Positions 38,557 through 49,347 of a DNA stretch of 64,000 nt are shown here, in pieces; the stretch's first letter is position 1; each line of letters begins with the position of its first letter. The notes beneath the pieces were generated by a model that had not been told where the DNA came from, searched no databases, and saw only the letters and a program-made list of their open reading frames with translations. The translations under genes were made by a program, and so were the position numbers. The DNA is from Leptogorgia sarmentosa (Eukaryota), in assembly GCA_964658305.1 (NCBI GenBank), contig OZ210884.1, positions 7,192,001-7,256,000 on the forward strand, given 5' to 3'.

Positions 38557-39303
38557 ATGAGCGGAACACATTTTCATGTCACCCTTCCAAGCAATGCATC
38601 CCTTTCGACATTTCCCGATAACAGAACAACCAGTTATCGCGTAAAATTGCCGCATGCAATTGATTTGAACGGTAACTGGGAGGTTGGCCTATATTCCATA
38701 ACCTACCCACACACATGGTACAACATTCCAAAGAATGATAACATCTACTACAGCGCGGACGGTCATATTTTTCTAACGTCTACGGTTGAATATGGCTATT
38801 ATGAAACGATGAATGATCTTGTCAAATCGATCAATAACTCTTTGAAGAAGGAAACGGGGAATGACAATGTGAGATTGACATACAACACTCGAACTGAAAA
38901 AGTTACTGTTCATTTGAAAAGTGGATATCAACTTGTCATAACAGGACGAATGTCCATAATTTTAGGATTTGGAGGAAAGGAAATCAAAATTGTCAAAACA
39001 ACAATGAGCCCGTATGTTGCAGACTTGCATGGTTTAACGACAATATTTGCCTATTGTAATATAGTGCAACCTCAGATTGTTGGAGATACGAATGCCAAGT
39101 TGCTTAGAAGCGTCCCCGTTGAGGGAAAAATGGGTGACGTCGTCACTAAAACGTTCACTAACATTCAGTATGTGCCTGTTCAAACAAAATCTTTTGAGGA
39201 CATAGAGATTCTTTTAAGAGACGACACTGGTGATCCAGTTTCATTTGAACGTGGGAAGGTGTTAGCGACACTACACTTTAGACAACAGGATCGTTTTGTG
39301 TAA
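38557..39303 (+). CDS. Polinton minor capsid (penton-like) protein
   Basis: FHVTLPSNAS...FPDN, L.GNWEVGL, YCNIV.PQIVGD...LLR motifs typical of Polinton PX/penton; conserved position after the integrase. Confidence 0.88.
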   Translation: MSGTHFHVTLPSNASLSTFPDNRTTSYRVKLPHAIDLNGNWEVGLYSITYPHTWYNIPKNDNIYYSADGHIFLTSTVEYGYYETMNDLVKSINNSLKKETGNDNVRLTYNTRTEKVTVHLKSGYQLVITGRMSIILGFGGKEIKIVKTTMSPYVADLHGLTTIFAYCNIVQPQIVGDTNAKLLRSVPVEGKMGDVVTKTFTNIQYVPVQTKSFEDIEILLRDDTGDPVSFERGKVLATLHFRQQDRFV

Positions 39304-39306
39304 ATC

Positions 39307-39756
39307 ATGACCCAAACGAATCGATATGTACGTTATTATCTGGACCAACAACATGGCAATGGGATGCCTGTCTTTATGGGCAGTCCGTGGCAACGTGGAT
39401 ATGGTCAAATGGGGTATGGACTTGGCGGTTTGTTTCGCAGTGTGGCGAGAGCTGTCATGCCTATGGTTAAAAGTGGTGCAAAAGAATTAGGGAGCATGGC
39501 CCTGAACACTGGCGCGAATTTCTTAGGAGATGTTCTTTCTGGTAAAAATGTGAAAGACTCTGCAAAGGCTCGAGTAAATGAAGCAAAAGATACAGCGAAA
39601 AAGAAGGCTGTTAATATGTTGCAGACGCTGGGACAAACAGGAAGTGGGAAGCGTACGAGGAAAACGACTAAAAAGAGAAAGGCTAAAGCCTCTTCATCCA
39701 GAAGCACACAAGCTAAGAGACGGAAAACATCCCGTATTGACGACATATTCGGTTAA
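39307..39756 (+). CDS. Small virion core / membrane-lytic candidate (adenovirus pVI-like organisation)
   Basis: Repeated QxGxG motifs, amphipathic GLGGLFRSVARAVMPMVK and a K/R-rich C-terminus; lies between penton and major capsid genes. Confidence 0.75.
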   Translation: MTQTNRYVRYYLDQQHGNGMPVFMGSPWQRGYGQMGYGLGGLFRSVARAVMPMVKSGAKELGSMALNTGANFLGDVLSGKNVKDSAKARVNEAKDTAKKKAVNMLQTLGQTGSGKRTRKTTKKRKAKASSSRSTQAKRRKTSRIDDIFG

Positions 39757-39758
39757 TT

Positions 39759-41087
39759 ATGAATTTTGTACACTCAAAGTCACCCGAATGCTCGAAAAGC
39801 GAACTTGATCTATTTGCAGTACCTCCAACACAAGTTAGCTTGGAAAAAGGACGTTGGATAGATCATCAACCTGTTTCAAGTGTATCAGATGATGGTCCAA
39901 TCACGTTTATATCTTCTGGCACTGAAGATTATGTTGATTTGTCCAAGACAATTTTGGTGGTCAGAGCTAAAGTGACGAATGCTGATTTAACAGACCTTGG
40001 GGCAGATGCTAAGGTTGGCCCTGTTAACAATTTTCTTCACAGTCTATTCAAACAAGTTGATGTGTTTTTAAAAGGAAAACAAGTCTCTCAAGCTAGTGGA
40101 ACCTATGCTTACCGGGCTTATCTTGAAACCCTTCTGAACTATGGACCATCGGCAAAGCAATCGCAGCTTACCGCAGCTCTTTTTTACAAAGATGCAGCGG
40201 GGGAAATGGACGTAGCAGATCCAACTCTTGCAGCTGACCGTGCAAATCATGGTCTAAACGCAAGATATGAATTCAGCAAGACAAGCGGAATCGTAGAGAT
40301 GGCAGGCCCTATATTCAGTGATATATTTTTTACTGAACGTCTTTTATTGAGTTTTGTTGATCTAAAAGTGGTCCTGAATCGTAGTAACAGCGAGTTTTGT
40401 CTGATGACGTCTGTTGATGACGAAGAGTTTAAAGTGAAGCTGATTGATGCTTATCTGAAAGTACGAAAAGTCAAAGTAAATCCTAGTGTTTCACTTGCGC
40501 ACGAAGTAGCCTTAAAAAAAGGACCTGCAATCTATCCTATTCGACGTGTCGAGTGCAAGAGTTTTATTATTCCAACAGGAAATCCCTCCCTACGGAAAGA
40601 TAATGTTTTTAGTGGACTTGTACCAAGATCGCTCGTTTTTGGATTGGTCGAGAGTGCTGCTTTTAATGGTGGATATAAGAAGAATCCTTTCAACTTTCAA
40701 CATTTTAACGTGTCGTCTATTGGAATAACGGTAAATGGTGAAGAAATGCCCTTCAAGCCATTGTCGTTGTCCTTTGGTGCTAATCCCCGATTTGTTGAAG
40801 CATTTTGTTCTCAGTTTTCTGGCACTGGGAAAATGTACTACAACAGTGGAAATGGTATATCCCGACAAGAGTTTCCAAAGGGTTATGCAATTTACGCATT
40901 TGATTTAACCGCCGATATGTGTGGTGCTTCATCTCATTTCAGTGTCGTTCAAAGGGGTAACCTAGCAGTGGATATAAAGTTCTCTGTTGCACCAACGGTA
41001 GCTGTCAGTCTTGTTTGTTACGGAGAGTTTGAGAACTTGATTCAAATTGACTCTGAAAGGAATGTGGTGTATGATTACGGAAGCTAA
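39759..41087 (+). CDS. Polinton major capsid protein (double jelly-roll, hexon-like)
   Basis: 442 aa; KSELDLF.VPPTQ, NNFLHSLF.QVDV, YAYRAYLETLLNY, NPFNFQHF, FDLT.D motifs. Confidence 0.93.
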   Translation: MNFVHSKSPECSKSELDLFAVPPTQVSLEKGRWIDHQPVSSVSDDGPITFISSGTEDYVDLSKTILVVRAKVTNADLTDLGADAKVGPVNNFLHSLFKQVDVFLKGKQVSQASGTYAYRAYLETLLNYGPSAKQSQLTAALFYKDAAGEMDVADPTLAADRANHGLNARYEFSKTSGIVEMAGPIFSDIFFTERLLLSFVDLKVVLNRSNSEFCLMTSVDDEEFKVKLIDAYLKVRKVKVNPSVSLAHEVALKKGPAIYPIRRVECKSFIIPTGNPSLRKDNVFSGLVPRSLVFGLVESAAFNGGYKKNPFNFQHFNVSSIGITVNGEEMPFKPLSLSFGANPRFVEAFCSQFSGTGKMYYNSGNGISRQEFPKGYAIYAFDLTADMCGASSHFSVVQRGNLAVDIKFSVAPTVAVSLVCYGEFENLIQIDSERNVVYDYGS

Positions 41088-41608
41088 ATGAACAATAATC
41101 AGATTCAGATCGTGTACTTGAACAAGACTCCTTCACAAGTAAAAAGTTCTGCGGTGTGTTTCCTTCCGACCGATTACCTGAAACAATCGAGCGATATCCG
41201 TGCGGTTTTGTTGCAAACACAGATCCGAGTAATCAACCTGGAACCCATTGGGTAGCGTTTTACTTTTCAACGGAACGTAAAGGAGAATTCTTCGATAGTT
41301 ATGGAGAGGCACCCGATTATTATAACATTTCATTTAAGAACTACTTAGACAAACATTCGTATGATTGGGAATTTAACAAACGTAAGCTACAGAGCATTTG
41401 GTCTGATGTATGTGGACATTATTGTATTTTTTACTTAAATCATAGGGCACGAGGTTATAGTATGAACAAGATTGTAAACATGTTTGGTAACAATTCAATG
41501 TCTAATGATAACGAGGTCTTTATCTTTGTTAATCGCCGTTTTAATATACCGTCAAAAGTTTTAGATAAAGAACGTAATCAATCGAGTAGAAAATTTATAG
41601 AGAAGTAA
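41088..41608 (+). pseudogene. Adenain-like cysteine maturation protease with a frameshift after codon 6
   Basis: ATG at 41088 gives MNNNQI, then 2 extra nt (CA, 41106-41107) precede DRVLEQD...GVFPSD in another frame; catalytic GTHW, FFDSYG, LQ and CGHYC motifs are intact. Confidence 0.8.
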
Positions 41609-41812
41609 GATAGCTTAAACTTTTGTAATTTCTTTTTTATCAATAAAACTTTAATTCGAAATTAGTGTACTTTCAAAATAGTTTTTTATAAATCTCTTAT
41701 CTCGATCGCAAAGAACGCTGTGTCCCATGAAAAACTACAACAACAACAACAACAAAGTGATACACTCATGAATTGAAAAATATTTATTGCTCATAAATGT
41801 TTACATGAAAGA

Positions 41813-42532
41813 TTAAAAATTATGCCAACGTGTTTTCTTGAGTACTTTTGGTGTAATTGTTTCTACATGTCTCTTTGGCATAGGTTTAGAAGGACTATCG
41901 TATAGAATTTCCTCCTCTCCTGATGAACTGTCGAGTTGGGCTTGTTTCCATCTTTGATCGTTTCGTACAAGATCTTTAGGCATATTCATTTTTGACAAAA
42001 CACGAAAAAATTCTTTTGCACCAGAGGGATTGAATTTTTTTCTGCTTCGTACTGCGTCACCAATCAGATCTGATATATTTGATTTTGGAATTTGAACACC
42101 GTCGAGCTTGACTTGTCCGGTCTCATCCCAGGAAATCATGTCAGGTCTTGTCTTCAGACGATTTAAGATTGATGTTGCTCTTTGGCGCATTTGTTTCGGA
42201 ATATTATCCACAATCATAGAGTCGGGCAAGGTTGTAGTTTCCTGAGGTGCAGGTTTTATGTCTTCATCTTTTTCTCTGTTTTTAATTGCTAACTGAACAG
42301 TTGGGATCTGACTGTCGTTTTGTTTTCGTAGATTCATGTAACGTTCTAAATTCGTATAGTATAATTTCTGTTTTTCTGCATCATCCATATCTGTACGTTG
42401 AAGAATATTTGACATTTCTGATTCTGTCTTAATCATGTTCGTGACAATTGGAGAGCTTTCAATTTTCTGTTTTTGTTCAAATCTAGCAAATATGTCTTCA
42501 GGAACTAAGACCATTCGCTTTGCATGCTTCAT
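41813..42532 (-). CDS. Conserved Polinton protein of unknown function (PZ-like, 239 aa)
   Basis: MKHAKRMVLVP start and ISWDETGQV.LDG..IPKSNISDL motif; usual position downstream of the ATPase. The PZ name is tentative. Confidence 0.8.
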   Translation of the reverse strand: MKHAKRMVLVPEDIFARFEQKQKIESSPIVTNMIKTESEMSNILQRTDMDDAEKQKLYYTNLERYMNLRKQNDSQIPTVQLAIKNREKDEDIKPAPQETTTLPDSMIVDNIPKQMRQRATSILNRLKTRPDMISWDETGQVKLDGVQIPKSNISDLIGDAVRSRKKFNPSGAKEFFRVLSKMNMPKDLVRNDQRWKQAQLDSSSGEEEILYDSPSKPMPKRHVETITPKVLKKTRWHNF

Positions 42533-42858
42533 TTTAGTAATAAACTTCCTAAAGCAGTGAGAACTGGAGGCAACAATGCTGTTAATATATTTCCACCTTT
42601 TTGGTTTAAGAGTCGTTTTTTCTTTATGCGTGAAACTTTCTTGTCTGCCAAAGTCCTGAGATGTTCCTTGTATCGAGACAAACGTTGCTTTTGACGTGAC
42701 GATAGAGGGATCGTTCCTTTTAACAAATTATATGTACATTCACAGATACTCATGACTACATCAGCCGGTCCGTGGTCTATAATAGCTTTTCTAAGTTTTG
42801 GTTTGCACTTTGCAAGAACTTGCAAGTAAGCCAAATTATCCTTCATTCGCTTGGACAT
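42529..42858 (-). CDS. Small basic Polinton protein (PW-like) with C-terminal QKGG + hydrophobic helix
   Basis: ICECTYNLLKG motif and terminal QKGGNILTALLPPVLTALGSLLLK; stop overlaps the next ATG (ATGA). Confidence 0.8.
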   Translation of the reverse strand: MSKRMKDNLAYLQVLAKCKPKLRKAIIDHGPADVVMSICECTYNLLKGTIPLSSRQKQRLSRYKEHLRTLADKKVSRIKKKRLLNQKGGNILTALLPPVLTALGSLLLK

Positions 42859-42897
42859 GGTTGATCTCAAATGATTTTATCTAGGTATGATGTTGGT

Positions 42898-43539
42898 TTA
42901 TGTACGTTTAACATACACAATCTGACGTTCACTGGGCAAAATATTCGTGCGCAGTCTAATGTTTTCAGGTGTGCATTGATGCAAATCCAATAATAAGTAA
43001 CCGTATGGCTTCTTGGTGGCATCTTGAAATGATTCTAGCAGGAAGTTGCAATTGTTTGGGTACATTTGTCGTGCCAAGGTAGAAACGCCTAGGCAGTCCC
43101 TGGGATTTTTAAAAACAATCATATAGTGTGAGTTTAAGCTTATAGTTCTCGATTGTTTACCAGGAGGGAATAAATTTTGAGTTAAGTACATAACCGATAT
43201 TCCCTGATGATGAGAGCCACGAGTAAACAGATCGGAAACACGTTGATCTTTTGAACACTCTGACATGAGATCGTCGATTATGACTAGCGAGTTTTGGTAA
43301 CCTTCGAGCATGCCATACAAATTATCCGGAAATCCTTCTGTAAAGCATATGTTAGGTATTGTTTCAGACATATCATCAAATGCTTGTTGATATTCGCCAT
43401 AACAATAAACAATTTTTGACGGCACAGGATCAAACAATTCATTACGATTGTGAAGCATACACCGCACGAAATGTGATTTTCCACATTGACTTTGACCACA
43501 GATATAAAAATTAGCAGGAGTCTTAAATCGTACGTCCAT
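42898..43539 (-). CDS. A32/FtsK-HerA-type DNA packaging ATPase
   Basis: Walker A GQSQCGKS, Walker B LVIIDD, plus FTRGSHH, TQNLF, RTISLN, FKNPRD motifs; likely start MDVRF at 43539. Confidence 0.95.
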   Translation of the reverse strand: MDVRFKTPANFYICGQSQCGKSHFVRCMLHNRNELFDPVPSKIVYCYGEYQQAFDDMSETIPNICFTEGFPDNLYGMLEGYQNSLVIIDDLMSECSKDQRVSDLFTRGSHHQGISVMYLTQNLFPPGKQSRTISLNSHYMIVFKNPRDCLGVSTLARQMYPNNCNFLLESFQDATKKPYGYLLLDLHQCTPENIRLRTNILPSERQIVYVKRT

Positions 43540-43725
43540 ATTTATTGACGGTACGCTTTCTAATGAACCGTTCATGCTAAAAAAGAGACTATAAGCATTT
43601 GACACTGATGAAAATTTTACTTATTATGCACAGAATATACACTGAATATACATATTTACAGCACAGCAACATCAATAACGCTGTTGCGGGGAATTGGATT
43701 AAATTTTAAAAAATGACTGGTGAAA

Positions 43726-46700
43726 CTAGAAAGTGTTCTCAAGACGTCTATAAAATGAATGTTCTTCATCTGATAACACACCATCGTTCATGAATTCAAT
43801 ATCTGAATCACGTTCCGATTCAAAATCATTGTCACTTTCATCATCTGTCTCCATTAAATCTATGTTATTCTCTGTGTGTATTGACTTATGATCATCATCT
43901 GTCCCCAGTTTATCAACGTCGTTTTCAATCGTCATCGAATCATCTTCGTCGTCGGGCCTTAGGTTCGCTCTAGTGCTCTGTTCTCCCACAGCATTAGATG
44001 GATGGATCAGAGTGTACAAAAGATTGTCTGCAACTGAAGGTATGAATGGTGGATATATCGTAGAGGTGGTAGAGGGACTCCAGTGGTAACCGTACGGTAT
44101 GCTGTCGTCACCTTGATTAACAACAATCCTTTTGTCAAACACCACTCGATATTCTTTAACTTCACGTCTGTTCACAATCCGACGGGTCCATTTCTCTCTG
44201 GTTATTTTGCACTCGTCAACTATTTTTACATTTTTGTTTTTCTTTTCCATATTAGCTGGGTTATTTACATATTTACAGATGTGTTTTAAAGAATCAAAAT
44301 TTAAAACTAAACTATTCTTGTAGTTCAACGTGAAACCTCTTATCTTGCAATGTGTTTTACCATCACTAACTTTATAGGCATAATTTTTTGGACCCCCACA
44401 GACAAACTGGGTGATGAAAGCCCCCGAGCCGTGCTTGGGAGTGATCTCATCTGTAAGGTCACCAAGAAAATCCCCTAACGTCGGCTCAGGCTCTCCGGGT
44501 TTGGAAACATAAACACAACTATCTGTATCTGCATACAAAACATTTTCTCCCATCAAATCTAATAATTTGTATAGTTCTAATCTAGCCCATGCGGTAGTGA
44601 ATATTCCAATGAAAAGATTAGTAACTTTACTTTCTACTTCGTATTCATGTTTTCGTTTGAAAACAACTTCAACTAAGTCATCACTTATAATAGATAGATC
44701 ATGCATATCGATGTCCGCCCCATTAATACGCTTATAAAACTGTAAAGGATCAGTAATGAATTCTGTCATTACTCTGTCCGTACGCATAGCAAAGCGGCCC
44801 CACAGGGAGTTGAGGCAAAGTTTAGCAAACGCACGCAACCCCGGATTCTTTACAATTTTATCTTTACGTAATTGTATTCCCTCATGCTCAAAGTATTCAG
44901 CTATATATCTTGCTTGGTCCTCAGGTGTACGAACCCAATCCGGAAACCCTGAGCTTTCCTGTTTTAGCCTTAAAAAGTAGTTCACATATTCACTGAATAA
45001 ATCGGTTGATGTATTTTCGAAGTGCCACACTTCGTGAATTTGAAGCACACGATACCCTTTTTCGATAGCTTTTTGAACTTCGATTGTAGTAAATGTACCC
45101 CAAAAAGATCGTTCCTCCTCAGAATGCCGGCATTCTGAAGAGTTATCCATGACACATTGCTTGCACAAGGGAAAGAAAAGTTTACCTTTTGCGCGAACAG
45201 GAAGAACCGGATGATATAATTTTGCCGGTGCCAAAACTCTGCATTTTATCAGGCCAAAATAATTTGAAATAGGTTGAAAATTTTCACGGATAACCGTTGG
45301 GTGACCAACTGGATAAACTTTCACCTTATTCACATAAGGATAGAGGCTCGTATAATCGACGTACCGAATTTTTTCATCAGATTTTACCTCACGAAATAGT
45401 TTATACCCACCGACCCTTCCACCGAAGAAACTGTCACGAGGGTCTAGGTCGGTAATAATGTCAAACGTGTCCAGAAAAAGTTTCATTTCGTCAGTTTCTC
45501 TAAGTTTCCTATAGTCGTGTTCCCAAATTGTTTTCACCGTGAAACCAAGAGCCCTCAACCGTTCCTCACGTCTAACCGTCTCCTCGTACACATCACACAT
45601 TTTTCGTTCACTGTGAAATGGATGATCGTTTGTTCCATCAAAACACAAAGGACAACCGTGATACACACAACCGTAAAACTCATACACAGTATCCGTCTCC
45701 TCACAAAAACCATCCACATGATAAGTCTTACCCAGTTCCTTATCAACAATCACCTTCTCACCACCGTGAACTGCATGTAAGATTTTCGAATTAGTTTGAA
45801 ATGATATAAATTCGAGCCATTCAATTGAAGATTTCGAATAAGGTTTATTACCTTCGCGATATAAATTCTTGGGGATAATACCAATTGTTTCTTCCTTCAG
45901 GTACTTAGAACGGTAAACACTCATTACAGAAGCAGCAATCGTGCAATAGCAAAAAGGATCCACACCGGTCTCACTAAGAAACGTTTTCCGAAAATCAATG
46001 CAACAAAGTCTTAAAATGGTAACATCCTGTGAACAATATCTTTGCATTTCTTTTTGAAAATCAAAAACATAACCGTTTTTCGTTAAATTTTCATGCCAAG
46101 CTACAAGCTTATCACGATCGCTTTCTGATTTTGTATCCGGACTGTAAAATTCGATGCTCGGCATAGGCCCGACGTAATTTTGATTTTCAACGGTGTTAAA
46201 TTTAAAAGGAAAGTCCCCTTTGGAAAACTTTTTTTCGTCCAAACCAAATGTTTTGGGAAATTTTGAAAGAGGCAATTGCAAAAAATTGAGTGAATCAATA
46301 AGACAAATTTTATAATCTTTTATAGTCAGTTGCATTATTTTTTGCCCAGAATGAATGACATGCATATCCGCAGTTGGTCTGTTTTGAAATAGCCATCGTT
46401 GAACTAAAACCGCATCAAATCCTCTGGCATTATGAGCGATCAAACAATATCCCTTGTGTTTCATAGAAAATACAAAATCACAAAATTCATGCAGTGCACG
46501 GTATCCTTTAAACACAAACTCCGTCCCATCAGCATATTGAGCAACGGCAAAGTTAACAACATGTTCACCAGAAGAAAAGTCCGTCTCAAAGTCGTAGAAA
46601 ATAAGTAGGTCGTTTGGTTTTTTAGGAGGTTCAGGTTGCATGTAACACAAATGACCAGACAACACATACTCTTTACATACATGACATACATGTTCACCAC

Positions 46701-48254
46701 ATCTATGTTCGTTTTGTCGTTTTCGTTCAACAGTAACTGAACAGGTTTGACATTTAAACGATAACTCGCATTTCGAAGGAAGATCAACTCCCTTTGATTT
46801 GCGAGTTTTTTTGTGCTGATCAAAACATTGAGTGGAACGACAAATTTTGAAACAGTCGGAGCAAGTACGTTTTTCATCTGAAACCCAAAGGCATTCCTTG
46901 CGCGAGCAAGTATGGCATGGATCTAAACACGGGTGTGCGCGATAATCGTCGAAAAAAGACTTACATTTTTCACAAAAAAACCGTTTTCCGTGGAAAGCAG
47001 GCAGTTTCGTAGGATTAATAACATTGTAATGGTCACCGTTCTTATACAGTACAATCTTTTTATTCCCCCGTGGGCCTTCATAAATACTAGTATTACGTGC
47101 GTTAAAATCAATCACTATTATCTGATAACCAGGTAGGGTCCCCTGAAATTTACTTAGTTCGCCAAGACCACAAGGACCAGGCAAGATATTGGCTCGTTTA
47201 TATAATTCTAAAGCTACTTTTTTCTGTATAAGTTGACCATCCTTAAATTGTTTAACCTTAGGGTGACTGTCCGCTAATGCCTTACCAACAGCTAAAGCCC
47301 GCCCGCAACAAAGATTGTCCTTATTTTTTATAGTAATAATAGATTTTTTAAGACGAGTGTCTTTGGCATAATCCAGTACCTTGAGAGCTCCAGACCCAGT
47401 CGGTGCTTTAACACCAATGATGTCGACAGTAAAGGATTGATCTAGAGGTATCTCTTCATTACTTTGAAGAACTTTGGTTATTTCACCAAGGACTTTGTTT
47501 GATGTCATCTGAACGGAAGGGAGAAGTCGAGTGCTAATGGGTGCTTTCAGAGCACTAGAGCGAACCATGACCCGAATCTTGTCTTCAAGAGGTGAACGAA
47601 ATTCACACTGTTCCTTCACCTTAAACAGAAAAGATACACATTAAAACATACATGATCATCATGTAATTTGAGATTTTTCCACATACATTAAAAGTTTATT
47701 TATTTAGGGTAAAGCAAGCCTCTATTCATGAAACAAAACGATATTTACCTGATCTATAGCATCCGTAAAAAGCGTCGACAATTCGTTCATAATATTCCTT
47801 ATTTTAATGTTGCTCATGTTCTTATGTGTTGAATCATTCATTGACGCTCGAAATACACATGAAGTTGCGTCAAATTTCTTCACGAAACGCTCCGAAACCT
47901 AAACACAAAAATTATATTACAAGTCACTTTTTAAAGCTATAGCGATAGGTAATTCACTTAATAATGTACAATTAAACTAAAACAAGAAAAACATACCTTT
48001 TCGATGTTAAACAAAATCTTGGTCTCCTCGTGATTTTCCTTGCGTAGTGCATCGAAGGAGTTCATGTAGCGAAGACCCTTATTAACGTGTCTTGCAGACC
48101 TCTTCTGCCAGTTTAAAATTTTCCCCATATCGGGGTTTCGCTTTTTCACTTCACGCTGTATTTGTTTCTGAAGGCGAACCGATTTTGCATTGCTTCTTCT
48201 TGCTTTTTCTACAAGACGCTGACGACGAACTGCGATTTGCCTTTCAGACTCCAT
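43726..48254 (-). CDS. polB: Protein-primed family B DNA polymerase, predicted three exons (48254-47997, 47898-47749, 47619-43726; ~1433 aa)
   Basis: Exonuclease motifs YDFET, HNARGFD, YCSQD; polymerase motifs YVDYTSLYP, KLCLNSLWG, YADTDS, KNYAY. The long ORF begins at a splice acceptor (GTG, not ATG) and joins two upstream phase-0 exons. Confidence 0.93.
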
Positions 48255-48346
48255 TTCTAACTGTATTGTAGACTTGCAGTAACGTTTCAACTGGTGAGTG
48301 TTGCAAGCCAGAGACGATGTAGGAGAAAGATCTCATCAGTTAGATC

Positions 48347-48353
48347 TTTTATA
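48347..48353 (-). promoter_or_regulatory. Candidate TATA box for the polB transcription unit
   Basis: TATAAAA on the minus strand ~95 nt upstream of the ATG at 48254. Confidence 0.45.
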
Positions 48354-49347
48354 GTCTCTGACAAGACAACAGGTTAAACTGGTTTTTGTTTTAACGTGTT
48401 TGCGTGAGCAGAATCAGTGTGTAGCTAAATTTCCGCGCTTTTTTAGTCAAACAATGTATGCTAGCTAGCTAATTGTTTGCGACAATGCATGACAGTTGTC
48501 TAAATTCAGCGATTAGAATATCCTATATCACAAGGTGATATGTGCACAAATATTGTTAAATGTTAAGTTTAAAGTTTCCAAACATAATTGGTCTTGCCTC
48601 TCTGTTTGCAAAGGTAATTTCATGAGCCTGATAATGTTGTAAAATCAACACAAGGTATAGTTGAATGTTACATTTCAAATTATAGATCGGAGGTCTGGAG
48701 GCTTCAGTCAAAGCCCTGGGCGGTTTTTGTAACAACAAATTAGGACCCACATTTAATTAAACGAATCTTGCCACGGAAAATCTTTGTCTGCAGACAATGA
48801 AATAATGAACAAATATGAAATAATGACCTTTACCTTTAATAACTCCATAGGTAATAAATCTTAATAATTGAATACATCTATGACAGTTAGGGAATAAAGT
48901 ATCTCAAGCCGATTTCAAAAAAGCGGAAAGTAATTTGGATACATGTATATGCACGCCATGCAATGCACGCGATCAATTATCAAAATAGATTTTAGGTTGG
49001 CGCTCTTGTTAATGTGCAGCGTAAAACTACAGCATTTTCAGCTAAAATGCTGATGATATCATTTCAACAATATTTCACAAATTCACAGCCTATAGACGAC
49101 GGGAGAAATAAAACATCTACGGGAGATTCAACTAGAAGAGTAAGCTTAACGCTACGAAGATTCGTTTTAATGTTAAATACAAAGTGTTGTTGCGTGGTAG
49201 TTAAATAAGGTAAAAATGAATAAAAACAAGAAAGTGAACGACATGGAATCCATCTTTCATCATAGTTCAAAATTTACCACCAAACTCGAATGAACGATAA
49301 AAACACAATAGCTAAACCAGTTTCAACATGTTTCGCATGATATGACA

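Noticed and set aside
47958..48290. Stand-alone 110-aa gene as given in the ORF track
   Set aside because: Better explained as exon 1 of polB (ATG at 48254, strong donor at 47996), although an unspliced product cannot be excluded.
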